A DNA stretch of 64,000 bases, from assembly GCA_002269645.1 (NCBI GenBank), contig NIVC01001410.1, positions 1-64,000 on the forward strand, in the 5' to 3' direction. Below the pieces are notes generated by a model. It ran no database searches. It saw only the letters and a list, made by a program, of their open reading frames with translations, and had not been told where the DNA came from. Source of the DNA: Macrostomum lignano (Eukaryota). The position numbers and the translations under genes were made by a program. Below, piece by piece: positions 1 to 11,278 of this stretch (position 1 is its first letter; each line of letters begins with the position of its first letter).

Positions 1-570
1 GTCTACTCAAACTAATGTGCTTCTACTCAGATAAAGTCTACTCAGATTAGTTTGGAGTCTACTTAGATCAGTGCAGAGTCTACTCAGATCAGTGCAGAGT
101 CTACTCAGATTAGTTGGAGTCTACTTAGATCAGTGCAGAGTCTACTCAGATCAGTGCAGAGTCTACTCAGATCAGTGCAGAGTCTACTCAGATCAGTGCA
201 GAGTCTACTCAGATCAGTGCAGAGTCTACTCAGATCGGTGCAGAGCCTACTCTTATCAGTGCAGAGTCTACTCAGATCAGTGCAGATTCTACTCAGATCA
301 GTGCAGAGTCTACTCAGATTAGTGCAGTCTACTTAGATCAGAGCAGAGTCTACTCAGATCAGTGCAGAGTCTACTCAGATTAGTTTGGAGTCTACTCAGA
401 TCAGTGCAGAGTCTATTCAGATCAGTTTGGAGTCTACTCATATCAGTGCAGAGTCTATTCAGATCAGTGCAGAGTCTACTCAGATCAGTTTGGAGTCTAC
501 TCATATCAGCTTGGAGTCTACTTAGGTCAGTGCAGATTCTACTCAGGTCAGTGCAGAGTCTACTCAGATT
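1..570. repeat. 21-bp minisatellite (CAGTGCAGAGTCTACTCAGAT)n
   Basis: Directly visible tandem unit; explains the 7-aa periodic ORFs at 71-598. Confidence 0.95.
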
Positions 571-628
571 AGTGTGTTTGATCAACTGTGAACTTTGATC
601 AAATATTTATCAACTCTGATCAAACTAG

Positions 629-817
629 AAAATCTTACACCCCTATAACTGTCTCCTGGAAAATCCGCCCAGCCCTGTTGCTGGGTGGCAGCTCCGCAGC
701 GCCAGCAGCGATCGACCAAGCAGCAGCCGCCGCCCCTCCGCCGCCGCCTAGAAACGAGCATGCTGCTAGGCAACTGTTGCTATGGCAACAGCAAGGCCAG
801 AAAAGCAGAGCTGAAGG
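629..817 (+). CDS. Possible upstream exon of the liprin-alpha gene
   Basis: GC-rich open stretch between AG (627-628) and GTAAAA (818); phase-2 end matches the phase-2 start of the exon at 2093. No recognisable motif. Confidence 0.3.
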
Positions 818-1136
818 GTAAAATCTGCATGCTAAAGAGAAGAGCAGATGGCAGACGCCTTGCATTCTTTGTGTCATTTATTCTAGATCTTTGTACGAAG
901 GAATGCCTGACAAGATGAAGCTCTGTAATGCTCATAACGGTAAACCCAGAAAAAGCATGAAACTGAGCATCCTATTCTGCTTAGACAAGTTTTTACAGTC
1001 ACTAATTGTTTGCCATATTTTGTTTACAAGATTTTAATAGATTTTCTATGATGACGAGTGCATAACCGCAACTAATGTAATGCGATTTTTATGCTGAATT
1101 TTTTATGCTTAATTTCTATTACCCAGCCTCCTTAAG

Positions 1137-2045
1137 GCTTCATCATCTTGTCAAGCTCCTTCATCTTGCACAGCTTCATTTCCGAAGTTTCATCATCCTA
1201 TCAAGCTCCGTCATCTCACAGCCTCCTTTCTGAAGCTTCATCATCCCGTCAAGCTCTGTCATCTTACACAGCCTCCTTTCTGAAGCTTCATCATCCGTCA
1301 AGCTCTGTCATCTTACGCAGCCTCCTTTCTGAAGCTTCATCGTATTTGTTAGCTCCTTTATCTTACCCAGCTTCATTTCCGATGCTTCATCATCTTGTCA
1401 GCTCCGTCATCTTACCCAGCCTCCTTTCCTAAGCTTCATCCCGTCAAGCTCCGTCATCTTACCCAGCCTCCTTTCCCAAGCTTCATCATCCCGTCAAGCT
1501 CTGTCATCTTACCCAGCCTCCTTTCCCAAGCTTCATCATCCCGTCAAGCTCTGTCATCTTACACAGCCTCATTCCGAAGCTTCATCATCCCGTCAAGCTC
1601 TGTCATCTTACACAGCTTCATTCCGAAGCTTCATCATCCCGTCAAGCTCCGTCATCTTACCCAGCCTCCTTTCCTAAGCTTCATCCCGTCAAGCTCCGTC
1701 ATCTTACCCAGCCTCCTTTCCTAAGCTTCATCATCCCGTCAAGCTCCGTCATCTTACCCAGCCTCCTTTCCTAAGCTTCATCATCCCGTCAAGCTCCGTC
1801 ATCTTACCCAGCCTCCTTTCCCAAGCTTCATCATCCCGTCAAGCTCTGTCATCTTACCCAGCCTCCTTTCCCAAGCTTCATCATCCAGTGAAGCTCTGTC
1901 ATCTTACCCAGCCTCCTTTCCCAAGCTTCATCATCCCGTCAAGCTCTGTCATCTTACACAGCTTCATTCCGAAGCTTCATCATCTTGCCAAGTTCCATCA
2001 TCTTACCCAGCCTCATTTCCAAAGCTTCTTTATCTCATCAAGCTT
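1137..2045. repeat. ~50-bp intronic minisatellite (AAGCTTCATCATCCCGTCAAGCTCTGTCATCTTACCCAGCCTCCTTTCCC)n
   Basis: Period of 50 visible (CCGTCAAGCT at 1441 and 1491). Confidence 0.95.
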
Positions 2046-2092
2046 TTACAAGCCTGGTCATTCCAAATCGAACTCTTGAAACTGTCTTACAG

Positions 2093-5000
2093 TCAGCGGC
2101 ATGACTCGCGACAGCAGCCGCACTACATTCAGCAGCAGTCGCCAACATCGTCAGCCTCTGGCAGTCAGGAATCTCTGCGTCAGGCCTTCCTGTCTTCGTC
2201 GCCCGTGCCTCGTCAACAGCAGCAGCAGCAGCAACAGCAACAACAACAGCAGCAGCAGAGGCGCAAGCCGAACTCGCTAATGGTCGAATTTTCTTTAAAC
2301 GCGGCGGAACCGGGACGGCCATCGCCGAGTCGCCGACTGTCGCCGCGCCGACGGGAGCTGCTTCCGCGGCGTCGCCGTCTCTGCCGCGATTCAGGCAAAT
2401 TCCGGTGGCCTGCAGTACTTCCACAGCTTGCCTAGGGGCGGGGCGACTGGCGGGACTCCCCGGTGTCGATGGGTGAGCGATTCCCGGTCTGCTGCTGTCT
2501 GGTGTGCTGTCTGATGTGCTGTCTGGTGTGCTGTCTGGTGTGCTGTCTGGTGTGCTGTCTGATGTGCTGTCTGATGTGCTGTCTGATGTGCTGTCTGATG
2601 TGCTGTCTGATGTGCTGTCTGATGTGCTGTCTGGTGTGCTGTCTGATGTGCTGTCTGGTGTGCTGTCTGATGTGCTGTCTGGTGTGCTGTCTGGTGTGCT
2701 GTCTGATGTGCTGTCTGGTGTGCTGTCTGGTGTGCTGTCTGGTGTGCTGTCTGTGCTGTCTGGTGTGCTGTCTGATGTGCTGTCTGGTGTGCTGTCTGGT
2801 GTGCTGTCTGGTGTGCTGTCTGATGTGCTGTCTGGTGTGCTGTCTGATGTGCTGTCTGGTGTGCTGTCTGATGTGCTGTCTGGTGTGCTGTCTGATGTGC
2901 TGTCTGGTGTGCTGTCTGATGTGCTGTCTGATTTGCTGTCTGATTTGCTGTCTGATTTAAACTTGGCTAAACTTGCTTCATCTGTAAAAATTGCAGGAAG
3001 CATCAACGCCCCTCGCCCTTCGACTCCTCGTCCACGGCGTCCGGCCGCCCGTACACGCTGGCCGGGTCGCGTGACGGCTCCATAGCTGGCGGCTCCTCTG
3101 CCGCCTCAACCGTTGTGGCTCCCAGCCCACACGACTTCCTTGGACAGAAGGCGGAAGACAGAAGAAGAAGAAAAAGTGAGACAGGTTTAAGGGATGACTT
3201 GCTAAGGGATTTATGTTGCCGAAGCAGTGCCGACTCTTGAAACACCTTCCCAAATACTCAGTTGCTGGGCCAGCCTCCCAGATCCTCAGTTGCTGGGCCA
3301 GCCTTTCAGATCCTCAGTTGCTGGGCCAGCCTCCCAGATCATCAGTTGCTGGTCCAGCCTTTCAGATCCTCAGTTGCTGGTCCAGCCTCCCAGATCCTCA
3401 GTTGCTGGGCCAGCCTCCAAGATCCTCAGTTGCTGGTCCAGCCTCCCAGATCCTCAGTTGCTGGGCCAGCCTCCCAGATCCTCAGTTGCTGGGCCAGCCT
3501 CCAAGATCCTCAATTGCTGGGCGAGCCTCCCAGATCCTCAGTTGCTGGGCCAGCCTCCAAGATCTTCAGTTGCTGGGCCAGCCTCCAAGATCTTCAATTG
3601 CTGGGCCAGCCTCCAAGATCCTCAATTGCTGGGCCAGCCTCCAAGATCCTCAGTTGCTGGGCCACCGCCACCCTCCCGATCCCTACACTGCCGCCCTGCA
3701 GGGAGGAGCTGCTGGAGGCGGTGATGCGGGAGCGCACCAGCTTTGCCCAGTGGAGCGGGCCCACAGTGGTGGCCTGGCTGGAGCTGTGGGTCGGCATGCC
3801 TGACTGGTACGTGGCCGCCTGCCGGGCCAACGTGAAGTCCGGCGCCATCATGGCGGCGCTGTCCGACCAGGAGATCCAGCGCGAGATCGGCATCTCGAAT
3901 CCGCTGCACCGGCTGAAGCTGCGCCTGGCCGTGCAGGAGATGCTGGCCATCACCGGCCCGGCGTCGGGCGCCGGCGGCGCGGGCAACCCAGTGAGCGGCC
4001 AGATGGGCCACGACTGGGTTGGCAACAGCTGGCTGCCCAGCCTGGGCCTGGCGCAGTACAGATCCGCTTTCATGGAGTGCCTGGTTGACGCCAGGATGCT
4101 GCCGAGGCTGGGCAAGAAAGAGCTGCGGTCGCATCTGCGAATGACCGACGGATTCCATCGCGACTCGTTCGCCTGCGGCGTGCGAGCGCTGCAGCTGCTG
4201 GGCTTCGATAGGGACCTTGGAGGCCAGGCGGGACGCCTGCGAAAACTCGGACACTGGTGAGGCTGGGAGATGTATGGGAGAAGCTGAGTGAGTCTGAAAG
4301 ATGCTGGGAGAGTTTGGAAGAAGCTAAGTGAGTCTGAAAGATGCTGGGAGAGTCTGGAAGAGACTGGATGAGGCTGGAAGAGGGTTGGGTGAGTCTGGAA
4401 GAGACTGGATGAGTCTGGAAGAGGCTGGGTGAGTCTGGAAGAGACTGGATGAGGCTGGAAGAGGCTGGGTGAGTCTGGAAGAGACTGGGTGAGTCTGGAA
4501 GAGACTGGGTGAGTCTGAAAGAGGCTGGGTGAGTCTGGAAGAGGCTAGGTGAGTCTGGAAGAGGCTAGAAGAGGCTAGGTGAGTCTGGAAAGGCTGGGTG
4601 AGTCTGGAAGAGGCTGAGTGAGTCTGGAAGAGGCTAGAAGAGGCTAGGTGAGTCTGAAAGAGGCTGGAAGAGGCTGGGTGAGTCATGAAGAGGCTGGGTG
4701 AGTCTGGAAGAGGCTGGAAGAGGCTGGGTGAGTCATGAAGAGGCTGGGTGAGTCTGGAAGAGGCTGGAAGAGGCTGGGTGAGTCGCACTAGTTCAATATC
4801 CATCGTATCGACAGACTAAATGCAAACTCGAAGGTACAAGAAAAGCTGCACAAGTTTCCAGCAGCAATAGAAGACAGAATTAATGCATTTGGATTACCTC
4901 TTTGCACTGCCCGCAAGACCTGCTGGTCTGGTCAAGCGACCGAGTCTACCGCTGGCTGTGCCGCATCGGCCTGCCACTCTCGTCGGATCTGTCCGCGGCG

Positions 5001-5297
5001 TCGGCGGGCGGCCAGGCGGTTCATCAGCACCCGCTGCAGGAGTCGGGGGTGCACGGCGCTCTAATGCTACTGGACGAGAGCTTCGACTGGTCGACCTTGG
5101 CTCAGCTGCTACTGCTGCCGCAGAACGCGGGCGCCACTCCCGTCAGGCAGCTGCTGGAGCGCGAGTTCAACCAGCTGGTGGGCCGTGAGCGGCGAGGCAC
5201 CGACAGCTGCTGCAGGCGATGCAGCTTCAGCAGCAGCTGTAGCAGCGCATTTCAGCTTGTTGGCTTGTCGCTGGGGCTTGTGGAGAGCCGAAATTAA
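2093..5297 (+). CDS. PPFIA: Liprin-alpha (SYD-2/PPFIA family), 3' part with three SAM domains; exons 2093-2394, 2997-3175, 3702-4256, 4918-5297
   Basis: SAM1 [66 protein letters not shown]2 [31 protein letters not shown] and SAM3 [10 protein letters not shown]...[16 protein letters not shown]...LLEREFNQL match recalled liprin-alpha sequence. Pre-[14 protein letters not shown]. Three single-base frame breaks are needed (near 2283, 3171-3175, 4216). Confidence 0.93.
2490..2958. repeat. 12-bp intronic minisatellite (GTGCTGTCTGAT/GGT)n
   Basis: Directly visible; produces the STPD, CCLV and VLSG artefact ORFs. Confidence 0.95.
3255..3662. repeat. 28-bp intronic minisatellite (CAGATCCTCAGTTGCTGGGCCAGCCTCC)n
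   Basis: GTTGCTGGGC recurs at 3261 and 3289; fills the intron before the SAM1 exon. Confidence 0.95.
4262..4785. repeat. ~20-bp intronic minisatellite (GAGTCTGGAAGAGGCTGGGT)n with 10-bp subunits
   Basis: Directly visible; starts immediately after the donor at 4257. Confidence 0.9.
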
Positions 5298-5309
5298 GAC
5301 AACAGTCAG

Positions 5310-5918
5310 CCCTTGCCCTAACCCCAACTGTATGACCCTTGCCCTAACCCCAACTATATGACCCTTGCCCTAACCCCAACTGTATGACCCTTGCCCTCAC
5401 CCCAACTATATGACCCTTGCCCTCACCCCAACTATATGACCCTTGCCCTCACCCCAACTATATGACCCTTGCCCTCACCCCAACTATATGACCCTTACCC
5501 AAACCCTAACTATATGACCCTTGCCCTAACCCCAACTATATGACCCTTGCCCTCACCCCAACTATATGACCCTTGCCCTCACCCCAACTATATGACCCTT
5601 ACCCAAACCCTAACTATATGACCCTTGCCCTAACCCCAACTATATGACCCTTGCCCTCACCCCAACTATATGACCCTTGCCCTCACTTCAACTATATGAC
5701 CCTTGCCCTCACCCCAACTATATGACCCTTGCCCTCACCCCAACTATATGACCCTTGCCCTCACCCCAACTATATGAACTTGCCCTCACCCCAACTATAT
5801 GACCCTTGCCCTAACCCCAACTATATGAACTTGCCCTCACCCCAACTATATGACCCTTGCCCTCACCCCAACTATATGACCCTTGCCCTAACCCCAACTA
5901 TATGACCCTTGCCCTAAG
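5310..5918. repeat. 26-bp minisatellite (CCCTTGCCCTCACCCCAACTATATGA)n just after the liprin stop
   Basis: Period of 26 visible (CCCCAACTATA at 5400 and 5426); some units contain CCCTAA. Confidence 0.95.
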
Positions 5919-6524
5919 CCTGACAAACCCCTTAAGTGTATTAGTGCACGGAATCGAAGCCGCGGACTGTGACGCGAGAGCCAGGCGCATTACTACTGAT
6001 ATTATGACCCGGCCCTCCTCGGCAGTAGTACAGTAGGCTCATGAATTGGGATTCAGTTTGTACGACTTTCTGCGACCTCAGCGACATGCCCGAGTCGAAC
6101 CCAGTACTTTTTGGTCACTGGCCAGTTTTTACAGCCTGCGGTTTTTCATTCACGGTCTCGATTGGATGCCCTGAATATGCCAGCAAGGCTTTTCAGTTCG
6201 TTTCCGTTGTACAATAAGGTGTTTCCTGTGCATTGGTGCAATATTCACTTAGGTGTGTGTTATACAAATATATTATTATTTAACTGTAGTTCTATGTGAT
6301 GCCCGTTTTATTTTTCGTGCTATTTTCATTGAATCGAATCGCATGTTATTTTTTATCTTACTATTAAATTGTGTTATTGTCTTGTCGCGCAGTAGAAGTC
6401 ATATTTTTTAAATATATAATAGCCTGTAGTTACGTCTGCTGTCTATATGCCCGTATATTTCCGTACGTTGGCTGCATTTCAACATTGAATTCACAAATTA
6501 ATTAGGAAGATATTGTAGACGAAA

Positions 6525-6968
6525 CTCACCCTCCACCAATGTACACACACTCTAGACCAAACCCTACCCCTCCGCCAATGTACACACACTCTAGACCAAA
6601 CCCTACCCCTCCGCCAATGTACACACACTCTTGACCAAACCCTACCCCTCCACCAATGTACACACACTCTTGACCAAACCCTACCCATCCGCCAATGTAC
6701 ACACACTAAACCAAACCCTACCCCTCCGCCAATGTACACACACTCTAAACCAAACCCTACCCCTCCGCCAATGTACACACACTCTAAACCAAACCCTACC
6801 CCTCCGCCAATGTACACACACTCTAAATCAAACCCTATCCCTCCGCCAATGTACACACACTCTAAACCAAACCCTACCCCTCCGCCATTGTACACACACT
6901 AAACCAAACCCTACCCCTCCGCCAATGTACACACACTCTAAATCAAACCCTACCCCTCCGCCAATGTA
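6525..6968. repeat. 39-bp minisatellite (ACCAAACCCTACCCCTCCGCCAATGTACACACACTCTAA)n
   Basis: GTACACACAC recurs at 6541 and 6580. Confidence 0.95.
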
Positions 6969-8024
6969 AACTTACCATCCGTTGGTATCTGATTATTATC
7001 GATTAATTAATTGATATTGATTATTGACAACGAGCGTAGTAATGATATAAATGTATGCCTCTATTCAATATTTTTGTGACAAAACTTTTCATGTTTATAA
7101 AATTATGTTAGCGTGCCTTCACAGTGCTCATTTCGATCGGAATATTCATGCGCCATAAAATAGTTTTTTTAATCAAATTTTAGTTTATTATGTTGTCCAT
7201 CCGCAGATATTTTCTATACTTAATATTTTATTCCTTTCGTTGAAAACAATGAAAAATACGTTTTTCATGACCTGATGTCGCCGTCTCTTGAGTCGCAAAG
7301 TATTAGTTTTGTCTTTATCATTGATTAATATTAAACTGCCTATTCGCATTGCTGTAAGTCCGCTGCTTATAGTCTGTACTTTTAAACTTTGCTTGTTTGT
7401 TTTGATTATGTGTTTGTCTCTTTCACAAAGCACTCAGTGCAATCAATTAATTATTTGGCCAGCAGTTGAGGCACCTGAATGCAAGTGTTTGCAAATGCAT
7501 TTTAATCTTGACAGAACACTGCTATATTGTTATGGCATGAAACTGAAAATTTTTGATTTCTATTTTCCTTTGTCACAGTTACGGATTAGAGACACGTCGT
7601 TTTAGAATCCGTATTAACAAATAAATTTAATCGAAATTGCGTTATTAAGTAATCGCATTCTATTTGGCTTTTATCGGTTTTATTTTTTTAAACTTAATAT
7701 TTTCTTTTCTGCCTACCAAACTCATAGCTATAGCTAGAAAAAGTTATAAACTTGTTTAATACTTTTGTTTATTTTTTAGACCACAAGTTTACTCTCGCTG
7801 TTTCTATTCGATTTTATTTTATTCAACTTTGCTGCATCCTTCTTAGATCAGACTGAATTGTTATATTTTCAACTTGCTTGATTTTTGGCAAATACACTAT
7901 TCATAAGCACTGCATATTGAATACATAAATAGCATTATGAATATTATAGCAAAATCAATTTAGTGTCCGATGCATTGTTGCAGCTAATTTTGAGTTCAGA
8001 TCTACTCTCTGATGTTTGTCCCCT

Positions 8025-8415
8025 CCTACAGCCCCTCCACCCAGCCCCTACCCCTCAGCCCCTACCCCTCAGCCCCTACCCCTCAGCCCCTACCCCTCAG
8101 CCCCTACCCCTCAGCCCCTACCCCTCAGCCCCTACCCCTCAGCCCCTACCCCACAGCCCCTACCCCCCAGCCACTACCCCTCAGCCCCCTACCCCTCAGC
8201 CCCCTACCCCACAGCCCCTACTCCCCAGCCCCCTACCCCACAGCCCCTACCCACAGCCCCTACCCCTCAGCCCCTACCCCACAGCCCCTACCCCACAACA
8301 CCCTACCCCTCAGCCCCCTACCCTACAGCCCCTACCCCACAGCCCCTACCCCACAGCACCCTACCCCTCAGCCCCCTACCCTACAGCCCCCTACCCCACA
8401 GCGCCTACCCCACAG
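8025..8415. repeat. 14-bp C-rich minisatellite (CCCCTACCCCTCAG)n
   Basis: Directly visible; G-quadruplex-prone on the - strand (inference). Confidence 0.95.
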
Positions 8416-8539
8416 AGCCCCCAAACCCAGTGCGCCCCAACCATAAAGTGCCTTCTAAAGGTAACGTACATGTGTAGTGTACGCCCACGCATCACCATTG
8501 ATTGTCATTGTACCAAGCGATAAGGCTACATCAACCGGC

Positions 8540-8775
8540 GAAAGGCATTGCTGCCCATTCCGCCGACTCCCCTGAGCAGGCACACAAGCGCGCGGATACG
8601 TACGCAGTCATACACACAGGCATACGCTCGTACACTCACACAGGAGTGTACAGCAGCCCTAACTTTATTTAATTTATCGTTAGGCATGTACACTTCACTG
8701 TCCCTTTTTGGGGGTTGGCTCTCAAGTTGGCGTTAATTGCACAAGCAGGCCAAGCCGAGATTCAGGCTACACTAA
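8540..8775 (-). mobile_element. Fragment of the SINE-like composite repeat family
   Basis: Reverse complement (CTCGGCTTGG...GCAATTAA...AAGTGTACATGCCTAA...AATAAAGTTAGGGCTGCTGTACACTCCTG) aligns by eye to 12420-12540. Confidence 0.65.
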
Positions 8776-8992
8776 ATCACTAGGCTAGGTAAGTCTCACT
8801 GTTATTAAATGTGCGTTAGCAAAAACTTTATGAAAGTAGAAAATCAAAAAGCATTTGTTTATTGCCTAATCAAAAGGTGAAAATTGTCGTCTCTGATGGC
8901 TCGAGACATGTTTCGAATGGTTTGCTTTATTGTCGAAGTTGATCGAAGGTTGGCGTTGTTGGCAGTGTCGTTAAAGTCATAATATGAAGCTC

Positions 8993-10181
8993 TCACAGCT
9001 CCAGCATGAGTTGGATGCTTTTCAGAGCCTCGTACCTGCCCTCAGTCGCATACCTCCACATCATCTTTCGGAGCGAATCAGCTACGGCAGAGGTCGCGTA
9101 GACGCCGCTTGGGTTGCAGAAGGCGCAGCTCGAGTACCACCAGCCGCCGTTGCCGCAAAAGGCCACAGAGCAGCTGGTGCCGGACCTGCCATCGTTGTCC
9201 AGGTCCATAGTATAGAACTGACTGTTATTTTGAAAGGCCAGAGCGTCTCCCGTCATGTTTGAACTGTCACTGAGGTACGAACCGAAGGTCATGGCGTAGT
9301 TCGTACTGGCATCGCCGACGGTGAAGCCGGAGTACTCGGCGATGAACAAGTCGTCAGCCCAGGTGACAGCCTCCACCCTCAGCACTCTCGGAGTTCTGCC
9401 AGTCAGCTCGTTGATGATGAAAAGACCTGGACAAATTCGAGAGAGTAAACTCAACCAAATTTCTTCGTGGCGAAACCCCATTCAGAGCTATGCGTTCTCT
9501 GAAGCATACTAAATGCACTGGAGATAAGGCAAATATATGTTCATTACTGGCCTTAATCTCATCTCATTTCTAAGAAAATCTACTTCAGTTGTCCATGAAT
9601 TCTCACCAATCCAGAAGTCAGTGTCGTCCTCGAAACCATTTTCGTAGGCCGACCACGGCTGCGCGAAGCTCAAACTGCCTTTCTCCCTTTTCAGTATGGC
9701 AAAAAACATCCGCTCGTCTACCATGTCTGAAAGCATGAAATGTAAGATTGTGGCTGTAGTAGAATCTGGATTCTGCAAGTTTTTCTTCTCAGCAATTGTG
9801 CTTACACGGCTCGAGACTGTCGACACGGCGGCGAAAGACCTGACCGCTGCCACCAGCGGCTCCAAAGCTGGCGTTGCGCAGGATGGAGGTGAGGCACCGA
9901 CCTGTTTCGGGCAAAAACACGGCAGCAGAGCAGCGCTTCCTGCCGAGAGCGTCACACTTCATGACGCAATCTCGTTCGCTGCTACCTGGAAAAGCTCTGT
10001 AGCCCGTGCTTATAGTGGGGTCCACTGACTGGACGCAGAACTCTGCATTTGAGAATTAATCGAAATGCCTGTTGGTTCAATTATCTTTTGACACTAGAAA
10101 GTTTTGGTAATTCTTACCCTCTGCCGTACAGCCTGCAAGTAGGAGAATCAGTTTTGCTGCCACCAGAACACAGCGACTCAT
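8993..10181 (-). CDS. Secreted PAN/apple + fibrinogen-C (FReD) lectin, paralog 1; exons 10181-10118, 10042-9806, 9726-9607, 9426-8993; 284 aa
   Basis: Signal peptide MSRCVLVAAKLILLLAGCTAE; PAN-like DCVMKCDALGRKRCSAAVFLPETGRC; FBG motifs WSAYENGFEDDTDFWIG, FYTMDLDND, GGWWYSSCAFCNPSG. All introns GT-AG phase 1; total 855 nt, divisible by 3. Confidence 0.9.
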
Positions 10182-11114
10182 ATTTCGAATGCTCAAGAAA
10201 TGTTTTTTGCTTTTGCTATTCTTCTGCGCAGTTGTGTCGATGCGAGAGGCAGATATACATTTATTGCTGCTAAGCCTTTGTACGAGCTAGCTCTGAGCAA
10301 GTTGAGCTTGCTTTCTACTCCTTTTTTTCTGGGCTTCGTCCGAAACTTTTTATCATTTTATCTGCAGAGAAGCGGCTTATTGTCAAACCCCCTCAAATCC
10401 CTTGGCATCTGAGCAAATAAAGTTAAACAAACAATGCCTCGTATAGCTTTTGTGGAATATCTAAAATTTTTAGAAACTGCTAAGCCAATATCGTGGCGAA
10501 ATGCAAACAGACGAACTGCCATTAGGAAGACTTGAGATCCATAATTTTAGCCATTCCGCACAACGAATTCCTTTTTGAGGGATCCATTACAGTCAGGTCA
10601 AGTGTAGCATTTCTGATGATGCAATTTAGCCACCTGCCCACATTAACCCAATTTGATAAAGCATCTATCTAATGTGGCCTCTTGGTGCCTAGCTCAAACT
10701 TATGGATACAACAGTTATTTTCTGTAACTCTCTCCGAAAACTTTTACCAATCTTCTCAAGACTTCCCTCTAGGCGGTAATTGTTGGGAAGGCAGCTCAAT
10801 TTACTCCATGGATTAAAGCTCATTTTAGTCAACTTGCACATTTATGCCAAAGGCTATTCCCTGTTGATCGAAGATGTAAAGCATACGCTCGTATATTGCC
10901 TTTGACATCCGTAAACCTTCAGTAAGTCTGTGATTTACAAAATGCTTTCGGATATTTCGATAGCACAGTAAGCGCAGCTCATAGCTGAAAGACTAAAAAA
11001 CGGATAAAATTGTATAAAAATTAGGTTAACTTCTTCTCACATTAAATAATGAAGTCTATTGTATTGTATAGCTCAAATGAAAACTTTATTTATTGTGTCA
11101 TGGAGGTTGGCCCT

Positions 11115-11245
11115 AAAGGGATTTAATTGCACGAGCAGACCCAAGCCGAGAATCCAATTTAGCCCCGAGTTAATGTGACTGCCCTTGGCATCGAGTCTGG
11201 CCCGCTGGCACATCAAAAAGCCGCGATGGAACACTTAGGCCGATG
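11115..11245 (-). mobile_element. tRNA-derived SINE-like repeat copy
   Basis: Reverse complement GATGTGCCAGCGGGCCAGACTCGATGCCAAGGGCAGTCACATT...GGGCTAAATTGG...GCAATTAA is homologous to 12360-12455. Confidence 0.65.
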
Positions 11246-11278
11246 AGGATATTGCTGCGTGCAATATAAACTACAATG

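Noticed and set aside
2038-3085. Long Cys-rich and STPD-repeat ORFs (metallothionein- or mucin-like)
   Set aside because: Translations of a 12-bp intronic minisatellite lying between phase-matched liprin exons.
3213-3700. N-terminal repeat part of ORF 3262-4260 as liprin coding sequence
   Set aside because: It is a 28-bp intronic array; homology starts at the acceptor at 3702.
5310-5918. 26-bp array as true telomeric or subtelomeric sequence
   Set aside because: CCCTAA occurs only in a minority of units and never in tandem.
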